Origin: an uncultured Candidatus Saccharibacteria bacterium
Lineage (GTDB): Bacteria; Patescibacteriota; Minisyncoccia; Phycocordibacterales; CSBR16-119
Length of the DNA: 64,000 nucleotides
Direction of reading: 5' to 3'
Assembly: GCA_964531475.1 (NCBI GenBank)
Contig: CAZHCS010000002.1
Location: 4,548 to 68,547, forward strand
The notes under the pieces were generated by a model that saw nothing but the letters and a program-made list of their open reading frames with translations, searched no databases and was not told the DNA's origin. Of the stretch, positions 10,786 through 20,086 are shown one piece after another. Within the stretch, counting starts at the first letter, position 1. Every line of letters begins with the position of its first letter. The position numbers and the translations under genes were made by a program.

Positions 10786-11427
10786 TTAGATCTTTAAGCT
10801 GACGCGGACAGCTTCGAATGCTTCGGCGTATTTGCAGCCGTTCTCAAAGCCGCGAATCTTGGCTCGGCCTTCTACGGCTTCAATCCAGCGCTCGCCGTAT
10901 TTCGCATGCTGACTGCGGTGCTCTTTGAGCGACTCAAGCTTCTGATCAATAGTGTCAGAAATATCGAAATAAACCTGGGCGCGAAACGGATGATATGAGC
11001 GACCAGATGGTGGAATAGGTTCGTACATAAAGATATTGTACATGTAGCGCGCGGCCGAAATCGTCGACTGGGCAGTATTCTTGTGATCCTGGTGAGTGTC
11101 GAATATCCAGTGAGTGAATATATAATCCGGCTTGAATTCGCTCATAATGGCATCAAGGGCTTCGACGGTCGAGCCATTATACGGGACGTTCTTGTTCGGG
11201 AAGTTCAGGACTACGAGATCGGTCACGCCGAGCTTGGCCGCGGCGGCCCGGCCTTCGGTCATAGCTTCGTCGACTGTCCGCAAAACCGTACCGTCAAAAT
11301 TCTGATACGAGGAATCGGTCATGACGACCATTTTGACCTTGTGACCTTCTTTGACAGCCTTGGCCAAAATGCCGCCGCAGGCGAGTTCGATATCATCCAA
11401 ATGGGCTCCGATGGCTAAAATATTCAT
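10786..11427 (-). CDS. PIG-L/LmbE family deacetylase
   Basis: GAHLDDIELACGG, HQDH, HRSQ; start at ATG MNILAIG. Confidence 0.88.
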   Translation of the reverse strand: MNILAIGAHLDDIELACGGILAKAVKEGHKVKMVVMTDSSYQNFDGTVLRTVDEAMTEGRAAAAKLGVTDLVVLNFPNKNVPYNGSTVEALDAIMSEFKPDYIFTHWIFDTHQDHKNTAQSTISAARYMYNIFMYEPIPPSGRSYHPFRAQVYFDISDTIDQKLESLKEHRSQHAKYGERWIEAVEGRAKIRGFENGCKYAEAFEAVRVSLKI

Positions 11428-11513
11428 ACGATTCAAGTGCTCACAATTTACAACAGATTCCCGGAAAAAGCAAAAGGTCCCGACATTGTCGGGACCTTCG
11501 CAAAGAACGTGGT

Positions 11514-12245
11514 TCAGGCCGAGACCGAGAGGCCGATCCTTTCCGGAACAACCTTGATGCCCATGCCAGCCGGCAGCATGTACCGGGTAGGACGCATGAT
11601 CTGTGCAAGCTCCGGATGGAGATCGCCATAGCGCGTGATCCGGACGAAAGCCTCAGCGTTCATGACAGTAGGACTTGTCATCTCGAAGGCACGCGTTTCC
11701 TGCATCTCGAGATTCCCTGCCCACAGTGCATCTGCGTCCTGGCTCGTCATGCAGCGGACCATCTTTTCCTTCGTCTCCAGAACGTCGGTAATGTCGACGT
11801 AGTGGGTCGGATAGAAAGCGAGGTTCTGCGGACGCGGGCCGATCGAGAAGACCTCGAAGGCGAACAGCTCGGTATTCACGCCCTTCTGGAGGAACGGCTC
11901 GATGGTGAGCGCAGAGAGTAGCCGATGATCGGGATTCACATCAACCGGCCAATGAGTGAAGACGAGGTCGGGCTGGTAACTCTTCACCAGCTCGCCGAAT
12001 TCGCGGCGGACCTCGGCCGTCATCACCGGGTTCAGTTCTTCAAGCTTCCAGAACGTCGGTTCGAGGCCGATCAGAGCATGGCTCTTGCGGCTTTCTTCTT
12101 CACGGACCTTGCGGACGCTTTCGTCCGTCGTGAGCGTCGTCACGAGCGAAACGATATCGTGGCCAGCGTCAACGAGACGCTTCAATGTGCCGCCGAAGCC
12201 GGTCTCCATGTCATCGGGGTGGGCAGTAACGGACAGGATCCTCAT
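11514..12245 (-). CDS. Second PIG-L family deacetylase (GC-richer, own promoter and terminator)
   Basis: AHPDDME..GGT, FTHW..D.NPDH; ATG at 12245. Confidence 0.85.
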   Translation of the reverse strand: MRILSVTAHPDDMETGFGGTLKRLVDAGHDIVSLVTTLTTDESVRKVREEESRKSHALIGLEPTFWKLEELNPVMTAEVRREFGELVKSYQPDLVFTHWPVDVNPDHRLLSALTIEPFLQKGVNTELFAFEVFSIGPRPQNLAFYPTHYVDITDVLETKEKMVRCMTSQDADALWAGNLEMQETRAFEMTSPTVMNAEAFVRITRYGDLHPELAQIMRPTRYMLPAGMGIKVVPERIGLSVSA

Positions 12246-12304
12246 GTCTTTTGGTTTTAAGGTTTGACGACACACTAGCATACTTTGCTGCTAATGTCAA
12301 CTAC

Positions 12305-12990
12305 CTACCTCCCTATGATGTTCTTGAGCTCGGGGCCGATATTGAAGAGCGCATCCAAGACACACATATTCGGTATGAACTCACCCCACTTCTGTTCGTA
12401 GACAGGATGCTTGAAATTTTGCCAGATAAGATCGATATTGTTTTCTTTTAGGACATTTTCCAACAAATAATCCCGGGCACCATCTCCACTCAAGTAGGTG
12501 TCAGCGCCGACGGCGCGACACATTGCAGCGATCCGTGCAGTTGGCTCCCCACCTGTCGGAACCTTGAGATCACGGATATGAACGATCTTCGTCTTTGATT
12601 CGAGTACGCCTAAAACGAAGTGGAAGAATTTCAAACTGACATCGGCAAGGCCTGTATCCTCTCTACAGGATTCGTATATTGTTTCGATGCGTGGGAAATA
12701 CTCGTCGAAATATTTTGCGCCGGCATATGCGCCTTTGATCGCACCTAAATGCTGCTTGATGTAATCCTGATTGGCAATTTTTATATCTTTAATGAGATCC
12801 GTCTGATGTTCGTAGGCAACGGGAATGGTGAGCCAGAGCGGTCCGTTCGCCGTCTTGATGAGGTTTCTGTTCTGATGGCCCTGCTTCACATACTGGAAAT
12901 CGTCGACGAGGATGAAAACGTCTGACTTAATAAGCTTATCGAATAATCCAAGATATGGTAGGAAATGGACTTGATGGGCCGAGCAGATCA
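12305..12990 (-). CDS. Second WbqC-like family protein
   Basis: MICSAHQ..FLPYLG, QNRN, YLSGDGA; start placed at ATG 12990. Confidence 0.88.
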
Positions 12991-12992
12991 TA

Positions 12993-13721
12993 TTATTTCT
13001 TGAACACGTACAAAAGATACGGAAAATAAAATTTCGAAGCGAAGAGCGAGCGAGAGAGAAACCGCTCGAGCTTATTGCGGGAATCGACAAGGAAGCCGAG
13101 GTAATGCGCGCCAGTGATCTTTTGTGTATCGGAAATGATGAAGGCGGGATTGCCTTTGAAGATCGTCCCCCCACCAACGACGGACTCGCGAGCGAAGCGG
13201 TAGTCGCCGAAAAAATTCCGCAGACTCCTGTCCTTCATCCGCACTTTCGGAGAAAAGAAATAACCAAGCTTGTTGTGCGACGAAAATGCAAGTGTGCCGC
13301 CCGGCTTTAATTTTGAAATTGCTTCACGTAAAGCCTTTTCGCGCAATTCTTTGGTCTCGATGTAGTCGATCGAGTTCATGGGGAAAATGACAGCATCAAA
13401 ATCTCCTCCAATATTTGAAAGGTCGCAAGCATCACCAAGAACAAAAGAAACTTTTGGAAAATCTTGAGGCGGGAAATTCTGTGTAGCCGCGTCAGTGAGT
13501 TTCCGAGAACGATCAACCGAGACAACACTATTTCCATACAAAAGAAGATTCGCTGGGAGTCGCCCGGCTCCCCCACCTATGACCAAGACATGCTTCGCCT
13601 TGATGTCGTATCGATCAATTAAATACTTTTCTGGATTATTAAGACTCCGCAGGCGTGTTGAATTTGCCGCATATTTGGCAACGACTTGATCTGACTCATA
13701 GAGATTTTTATTTTCTTGCAT
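12993..13721 (-). CDS. Class I SAM-dependent methyltransferase
   Basis: VLVIGGGAGR, GDACDL, LKPGG. Confidence 0.82.
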   Translation of the reverse strand: MQENKNLYESDQVVAKYAANSTRLRSLNNPEKYLIDRYDIKAKHVLVIGGGAGRLPANLLLYGNSVVSVDRSRKLTDAATQNFPPQDFPKVSFVLGDACDLSNIGGDFDAVIFPMNSIDYIETKELREKALREAISKLKPGGTLAFSSHNKLGYFFSPKVRMKDRSLRNFFGDYRFARESVVGGGTIFKGNPAFIISDTQKITGAHYLGFLVDSRNKLERFLSRSLFASKFYFPYLLYVFKK

Positions 13722-14694
13722 GAATATTGCTCAAGAAATTCATAAACGCATCAAAGTTTTTCTCGACCGAATAGTTCTCGGCGATATACGCGCGCAAATT
13801 CCGAGAATATTCTTTTCTCTTTTCAACGTCTAAAATCAAGTTTTCCAAAGCGGCCCTCCAACCCTCGCGCGTACCGACGAGCGCGCCAGACTTACCATCA
13901 GTAATCATCTGACAGGCTGACGGCGTAAAGTCGGTCACGACCGGTAGGCCAAGCTGCGAGAAGACGTAGAGTCTGCCCGGATTGTTCGACATTTTAAACC
14001 GCAAGACATAATCATTCTTCACGTAATTTACCAAATTTCTGAAGAAGCTTTTAAATGGTCGCGCTAGAAGTTTGGGTGTTGGCAAGGCTGACGGCGCGAT
14101 ACCAATATCACAATTCTTTAGGTCTTCCAAGAATTTACCCTCCTCCCACTGCACATGCGTAACCGGGCAAACAGATGGATGATTCTGTCTCCAGGTACCG
14201 AGCTTCTTGATATTGTAAATCGCGCGAAGCTCGATATCGCGCGATTTTGCGATCTCGTCGAGTGCCCACGAAACGTCCGCCATACCATCAAGATGCTGTT
14301 TGTTGCCATGGTAACCGATAATAACCCGGCCATTGTTCGTGTGGACCTTTTCTGACGCCGGCACATCTGGAAACATGTAGTAAATAAAAATGTTTTTATT
14401 GTATTTCAAGAAAAAGTCACGTTGCTCTATTGAACTTACAATCAAAAAATCTGCAGCGCGAGACTCTTTGCGCTGATGACGAGTTGTGACTTTTGGATCA
14501 AATATACCGACAAGCATATTTGGGTTCTTCTTTTTCGCATCCCGTACGCGGGAATCCGGCGCCATAAAAAGCGCGACATCATAGGCTTCGTAATTGTCCC
14601 AATCATTTTTGACAACTTCGGCCAAACGCCTAGCGAGACCGTTTAAGACGAGTGTTCCTGCGGCGTTATAGTTTGTGTTGATGACGAATTTCAT
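13708..14694 (-). CDS. Glycosyltransferase-like protein (GT-B)
   Basis: IGYHG, DIGIAP, K.SNN..R, LGLPVV. Confidence 0.7.
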   Translation of the reverse strand: MKFVINTNYNAAGTLVLNGLARRLAEVVKNDWDNYEAYDVALFMAPDSRVRDAKKKNPNMLVGIFDPKVTTRHQRKESRAADFLIVSSIEQRDFFLKYNKNIFIYYMFPDVPASEKVHTNNGRVIIGYHGNKQHLDGMADVSWALDEIAKSRDIELRAIYNIKKLGTWRQNHPSVCPVTHVQWEEGKFLEDLKNCDIGIAPSALPTPKLLARPFKSFFRNLVNYVKNDYVLRFKMSNNPGRLYVFSQLGLPVVTDFTPSACQMITDGKSGALVGTREGWRAALENLILDVEKRKEYSRNLRAYIAENYSVEKNFDAFMNFLSNIHARK

Positions 14695-14804
14695 CCCATT
14701 AGAAACAGGTCGCGGTCATTCCGCTTTCTGTAACGATTATATTTTTTCTAATAATTCGATTCATAGAAAAATTATTTTATATATTGACCGCAGTTTCTAA
14801 CGGG
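14695..14804. mobile_element. MITE-like element, copy 1 (110 bp)
   Basis: TIRs cccattagaaac / gtttctaacggg (1 mismatch), flanks tttcat/gttcat; homologous to 38302-38408. Confidence 0.7.
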
Positions 14805-14806
14805 GT

Positions 14807-15442
14807 TCATGCAGGATAAATGACGGCCCAGATCTCGCCAAACTGCACCGTGTGATGATCAATGCGATACCCCGCCTGCTCGAACTCGTTCTTGAACTGC
14901 GCAAATGTATACTCGGTGAAGTGTGTGGTATCGAGACGATGGTCGAGACCAAGCTCTTTTTTGTAGAGAGTCACCCATTCCCTGTCGATCATCGGGACAC
15001 GGAAAAGAAATTTGTCAGCAAGCGGCCTGATGCTTTTAAGAAAATTTACACGGTCATCGATATGCTCTAAAACGTTTGACATAATAATTATGTCAAATTT
15101 CTCATTGGACAGATCTTTTGTTGCATCAGCGACACGGTATTCGAGATTCGGAGCCGAGGCTTTCCGTTTGGCTTTCTCAATATTTTTTTCTTCGATATCG
15201 ATACCAAGAACGCTTTTAGCAGACGCGGCTACGTCTTTAGCAAGAGACCCGCTTCCACAACCTATATCCAAAACCCGATCGTTTTGGCTGACATTTCTGG
15301 TAAAAAATTCATGATAGCCGATTAGGCGATGCTTTGGATGCTCACCACCTTCGACTTTTATAGCAAGAAATGATATGAGCTTGTAAGAAAAGCTGTGTAG
15401 TTTAAGGGCGAGTATTAGAAAGATTTTATATATTTTCTTCAT
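14807..15442 (-). CDS. Class I SAM-dependent methyltransferase
   Basis: VLDIGCGSG, NVLEHI. Confidence 0.88.
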   Translation of the reverse strand: MKKIYKIFLILALKLHSFSYKLISFLAIKVEGGEHPKHRLIGYHEFFTRNVSQNDRVLDIGCGSGSLAKDVAASAKSVLGIDIEEKNIEKAKRKASAPNLEYRVADATKDLSNEKFDIIIMSNVLEHIDDRVNFLKSIRPLADKFLFRVPMIDREWVTLYKKELGLDHRLDTTHFTEYTFAQFKNEFEQAGYRIDHHTVQFGEIWAVIYPA

Positions 15443-16556
15443 GAAAAAGTGTTTTATAAACCTGAAGCTCTCGTTCTATAGTCACCGGCAGGCTCTGCCG
15501 AGTTGCGATATATTCCCGAGCGTTATGACCAAGTCTAGCACGGAGCTCTGGATTTTCAAGAAGTACTTTAATAGCCAAATGAAATCCCTCTGGTGTCGGT
15601 TCCGCCAGCAACCCTGTTTCATTATGCGCAATAACTTCACGAATACCCTTCGCATCAGCACCGACGCACGCAAGCCCTACTGCCATAGCCTCTAGAAGCG
15701 ATTTTGGATTACCTTCGTGAAGTGATGGGAGCGCGTAAACTTCGGTCTTCCCAAACTCTTCGATCAAACGACTTTGCGGAATATTGCCAAGAAATGTAAC
15801 AGAAACTCTTGTCCGCTCGGCAGCCTCTACCGCATCGGCCTTGAGGCTCCCCGACCCTGCAACAACCAAATGCGCCGGCAGACCTTCGAGTGACTCGACG
15901 AGTGTTGCGATATTTTTCTGCGGCTCAAGACGTCCGACAAACAAGACACGTCCCGGCTCCGGTGTGACAGGGATCGGCTTGAATCGCTCGATGTCGATAT
16001 AGTTCGGAATGACCGTAATCTTATCCGATGTAATGTGAAATGTTTCTGAAATAAATTTCTTGTCGGCTTCGGACGTAATGATGATCTTGTCGGCTGCGCG
16101 GTATGAAATACGTTCGACGGTTTTGGCGATCCAGATTTTAATCGGACTAAGACCATTTCTTGTGGCAAAGTCATACCATTCATAACCACAACGCACCAAA
16201 AATTTTTTGTTAAAGATTTTTTTCGCAATGACGCCAGCCCATGATCCGTCCATCTGGTTCGTCTTTATAATATCCACACTACGAAATACCCTTGCATAAA
16301 TAAATGGTATCAGGAAAACGTAAAGATTGGACGGTATCCATGATGGTCGAGGAACAATTATTATATTTTTTGGCAAACAAGAGGAAAGAGATCTTTCTGA
16401 TTTATCACCATAAGTAAAGAAATATATTTTTTTACAGTGACCAGCTAGTTCTGAGTAAAGTTTGACTTCACGATCAAAATTACCAACTTTTTTCCATGTT
16501 GCAAGAGAAATGCCGCGAGTGAAAAGAAGTGCGAGCGTTATATCTTTTGTCTTCAT
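15426..16556 (-). CDS. Glycosyltransferase family 4
   Basis: FVGRLEPQKN, EGNPKSLLEAMAVG. Confidence 0.92.
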   Translation of the reverse strand: MKTKDITLALLFTRGISLATWKKVGNFDREVKLYSELAGHCKKIYFFTYGDKSERSLSSCLPKNIIIVPRPSWIPSNLYVFLIPFIYARVFRSVDIIKTNQMDGSWAGVIAKKIFNKKFLVRCGYEWYDFATRNGLSPIKIWIAKTVERISYRAADKIIITSEADKKFISETFHITSDKITVIPNYIDIERFKPIPVTPEPGRVLFVGRLEPQKNIATLVESLEGLPAHLVVAGSGSLKADAVEAAERTRVSVTFLGNIPQSRLIEEFGKTEVYALPSLHEGNPKSLLEAMAVGLACVGADAKGIREVIAHNETGLLAEPTPEGFHLAIKVLLENPELRARLGHNAREYIATRQSLPVTIERELQVYKTLFHEENI

Positions 16557-16559
16557 GAT

Positions 16560-18578
16560 TTAAACCTGCCAGAAATTATAGAGCGTGATATTTGGGAATT
16601 CATCCATAGAGCGTTCTATGTAATCTATCATCACGCGACTTTGCTCTACCCCTGGATTTAAATCATATGCTTGCCTAGCCGCCTTTCTCGCATCTAAAAA
16701 CTTGGCCTGGTATAGATATGCTACCGCCTTCATCCAGTATGTCTGGGGAGCCTGTGGAACCAAGAGCGCAGCCTTGTCCAACGTTTCGTGAGCCTTGTCG
16801 AGATTATTCACCTCAAACAATCTTTGGTATATGTATAGGTTAGCCAACGTTAAATGCATGCGGTAGTCATCGGGCCGACCAAGCAAATATTTCTCAGCTT
16901 CTGCCGCAAAGAATTCAGTCTCTTTCGCAAAATCGGCAACCTTTTGCGGATCATTTAGTATTTCAGGTTTTGCCGATATACCACGCTGAAAGTCTGATAT
17001 TGATTTCCAAAGAATTGTTGCTGGATCGACAGGAGAAGAGAAAAGGTCTGGGTATCTTTCAAGACGTCGCACGCTCGAGCCTACAGTGTGCACAAATCCG
17101 TTTGCCTTCTGGGCCCTGATTATCGGTGATGTGCCTATCACAAACAAATACGCGCATCCAGCCACGAGCACTATGCCGGTCACCCTTGAAGCTAGCGCTC
17201 CAAAAACTACCGCGCCACTCTTACTTGTACGCTCTTTATACGTATCGTGCAAGACGGAAGCAGCAAGAGCGGCCATGACAACTACAGCGATATAAGAAAT
17301 TGTGGTATCGAAAGCAGTCTGCAGCTCCAAAAAGTGTCCTGTGAAATACACAGCCAAAACCGCCGCCAAAGCCTGCCTTTTTTTATCCCCTGAAACAAGT
17401 ACGACATACAACATACCGACAATTATGACGATATAAACAAGAACATATACAGAAACGCCGACTATTCCAGTCTCGACACGCTGATCTATAATTATGTTGT
17501 GAGCGCGATCAAACCACGGCTCAGCACCATTCTTCTTTTCGAGCAAACGGTTGTCGTAATATTTTTCAAACCCGCGATCGAAGTTGTCAGTTCCCCAGCC
17601 CCAAACTGGACGATCGAGGGCCGCTTTGCGTGATAGCTCCCAAACTATTGGTCGCGCTGGAGTTTCTTGCGAGAGATATGCTTCGTTCAAAAAACCCCCT
17701 GGTACAGTAAAGGATCTTATGGCAATAGCCAAAATTACCACTCCGGAAACGGTAAGCCCTACAGCTAAACCTTTGCGGATTTGCGATGATTTAATGCGAG
17801 AAATACCTAGAATCACTGCGAGCCCAAGCACAGTAATAAGAGCTGTCATGGCCGAGGCCTGTGCACCACCGATAACAGTGAGTGGTTCTTTCAAAACATT
17901 AACATCACCAAGCCAGACGTTTTTGTTTATGAAAAAAGGGTTAATAATAAATACTATAGGCAAAAGCCAGTGCCACCATCGCCTGTTGCTAATTTCGGCA
18001 TAGACGTAATAAAAAGAAAGCGCAAATGCAGCGTAGACATACATGGCCGCGAATGAAGAGTTACCAAATGTAAAACCTTCCCATTCGGTCTTGGAAAAAA
18101 TTATGCTAAAGCCGTCTCGGCCAAGAAGTGCGCCGATTGAAAATATTGCTGAAGAAACAAGAAAAACCTTTATGAACCTACGGCGCTTTTCCAAGTCTGA
18201 AAATACAGACATGAGAAACATGTAGAAAAGTCCCAAATGGATAAGATAAAAAATTCCGGACATTCGAGTCATGCGCGACCAAAACGATGTGTGCATATCA
18301 ACTCCCATGAACCCGGAAACTACCGTAAGAACAAGAAGTAAGACCAAAGCTATAGTTATTGGCGATTTAGCCACGCTTATGCGTGCCTTGCCAGATAGCA
18401 TTGCAAGACCAAAAACAAGGGTTAGGATCTCGACAATAACGATAAGATTTACCGCTCGTGACGTAGTTCCGTAAAAAAGATGTTCGATATAAAACACGAA
18501 TGGAAACAAGGCAATAAATGCATAAAGTGTCCATTCGAGAAATTTGTTCAAAGTCGCGCTCCTGGTGTCTATAAACAT
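16560..18578 (-). CDS. O-antigen ligase family protein with C-terminal TPR-like region (possible protein O-oligosaccharyltransferase)
   Basis: TFGN, GWG..NF, FDRAHN, ETG..G; helical C-terminus; start uncertain (18578 or 18602). Confidence 0.82.
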   Translation of the reverse strand: MFIDTRSATLNKFLEWTLYAFIALFPFVFYIEHLFYGTTSRAVNLIVIVEILTLVFGLAMLSGKARISVAKSPITIALVLLLVLTVVSGFMGVDMHTSFWSRMTRMSGIFYLIHLGLFYMFLMSVFSDLEKRRRFIKVFLVSSAIFSIGALLGRDGFSIIFSKTEWEGFTFGNSSFAAMYVYAAFALSFYYVYAEISNRRWWHWLLPIVFIINPFFINKNVWLGDVNVLKEPLTVIGGAQASAMTALITVLGLAVILGISRIKSSQIRKGLAVGLTVSGVVILAIAIRSFTVPGGFLNEAYLSQETPARPIVWELSRKAALDRPVWGWGTDNFDRGFEKYYDNRLLEKKNGAEPWFDRAHNIIIDQRVETGIVGVSVYVLVYIVIIVGMLYVVLVSGDKKRQALAAVLAVYFTGHFLELQTAFDTTISYIAVVVMAALAASVLHDTYKERTSKSGAVVFGALASRVTGIVLVAGCAYLFVIGTSPIIRAQKANGFVHTVGSSVRRLERYPDLFSSPVDPATILWKSISDFQRGISAKPEILNDPQKVADFAKETEFFAAEAEKYLLGRPDDYRMHLTLANLYIYQRLFEVNNLDKAHETLDKAALLVPQAPQTYWMKAVAYLYQAKFLDARKAARQAYDLNPGVEQSRVMIDYIERSMDEFPNITLYNFWQV

Positions 18579-18659
18579 GGGCCAAGTATAGCCGATTTCC
18601 ACGGGGCTTTCAATTGGCTATGAAAACACCCCCTTGACGGGGGCGTTTCAATTTTTGTA

Positions 18660-19976
18660 TCAAGGAACCTGCTCATGCCTAATCAGTGTAGGAACATTAC
18701 CTCCTATCGTCTGTAACACTAAGTCGCGGTCGTTGCCTGTCCCCGTGTATTTTACGGCACCATCAAGATTCACGTCTTCGGGCATATAACCGACAACCAT
18801 ATTCGTCGGAACAAGTCCGCCGATGGCTACCAAGATCGGATCACGATCATTATTGGTTCCAGTGTAACTAACCTTACTGGGCTCGAGTGTCTCAGTGTTA
18901 CCAGGCCAGAGCATCATCACTCCCCCATCGTTTTTCATGGCTTCGTTACCCCACATAGCAGTCAATGGTGAGGTAAAATCGACCATGCTTCCCGATATAA
19001 TCGGGGTTGCAGTCATGGCGCCAAGATGATTACGGTGGCGCACAACGACATGATGGCTCGTGTCCGAAGTCAGAAAGTGTGGCACTGAACTACCATCTAG
19101 ATCGACAATGTCGCCATCTCTTTGGAGCAGTAAACTTCTTACGGCTGAGACGATTACCGGATCAAGCGCATCACGTAACTCCACACGTATCCAATCGACA
19201 ATCGCATCGGTGCCGGCAGTTGCTAGTACTGAGGCATGTATGGAGTCACCACCTATGTAAGGATCGTTTAGCGGAACTAGCCCCTGTGCGCGCAGGCTAT
19301 CATTCATTATGCCGTCATTTTCGAACGGGCCAGAGAGGAAGGCTTTTGCGGACAACATAAAGTCTGTGATCTTGGTGCCGTAAACCCTGACGCTGTCGAT
19401 TGAGACTGTGCCGGCACTACCTGAACTGCCATTTCCATACAGTCTGAAAACCAGGTCCGTCACCCCATCGACATAACCAGGCGACACTAACTGAAAATCC
19501 CAATTAGTCCAGGTACCCTCTGATGTCAGCACAAGAGAATCAAGACTTGTTACGAATCCATCAAGACTTGATCGTAAGTGAAATATTGTTGGCCCACTTC
19601 CCGAACGAGAAATCCAAAGACTTATACCCTCAACCATAATAATGTTTCCGGGGTTCACTGTTAACGCAAAAGCACAGTGATCTCCGACATCAAACGAGAG
19701 AGAGGTCGGCCAGCCACGGCGGATCAACGCCCTATCAGCAGCCTGCCCAGACGTACCACTAGTGAACCCGTTACCAACCGGAAAAATGTTTGGAGTAACG
19801 ACCGTTAACCCTGTCACGACTACGGTGTCAAAATAAGTAGGGTTCAATGTGCCTGGATTTGTCGGTGGCTCAAAAAGCCATTCAGCTAACACATGCTCGT
19901 CCACTTGAGATACTACTTTGCAAGGAGCAAGCGCGGCGATCATAATAATGACCGCAAAGAAAATCAAGTTCTTCAT
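18660..19976 (-). CDS. Secreted protein with Bacteroidota-type C-terminal domain (dockerin-like DVN.DG)
   Basis: Signal peptide; FLSGPF..MNDSLR, DWIRVELRD, LLQRDGD, HRNHLG, DVNLDGAVKYTG..NDRD. Confidence 0.7.
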   Translation of the reverse strand: MKNLIFFAVIIMIAALAPCKVVSQVDEHVLAEWLFEPPTNPGTLNPTYFDTVVVTGLTVVTPNIFPVGNGFTSGTSGQAADRALIRRGWPTSLSFDVGDHCAFALTVNPGNIIMVEGISLWISRSGSGPTIFHLRSSLDGFVTSLDSLVLTSEGTWTNWDFQLVSPGYVDGVTDLVFRLYGNGSSGSAGTVSIDSVRVYGTKITDFMLSAKAFLSGPFENDGIMNDSLRAQGLVPLNDPYIGGDSIHASVLATAGTDAIVDWIRVELRDALDPVIVSAVRSLLLQRDGDIVDLDGSSVPHFLTSDTSHHVVVRHRNHLGAMTATPIISGSMVDFTSPLTAMWGNEAMKNDGGVMMLWPGNTETLEPSKVSYTGTNNDRDPILVAIGGLVPTNMVVGYMPEDVNLDGAVKYTGTGNDRDLVLQTIGGNVPTLIRHEQVP

Positions 19977-20017
19977 GTTTGCGATTTTGGTTTGATAAGA
20001 GCTTAACAGAAATCAGG

Positions 20018-20056
20018 CAAAAACAAAACCGCCCCTTTCGGGGCGGTTTTGTTTTT
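20018..20056. terminator. Bidirectional terminator
   Basis: aaaaacaaaaccgccc-ctttcg-gggcggttttgttttt. Confidence 0.75.
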
Positions 20057-20086
20057 GTTAACAGTTTACACTGTCGAGCCTAAACG

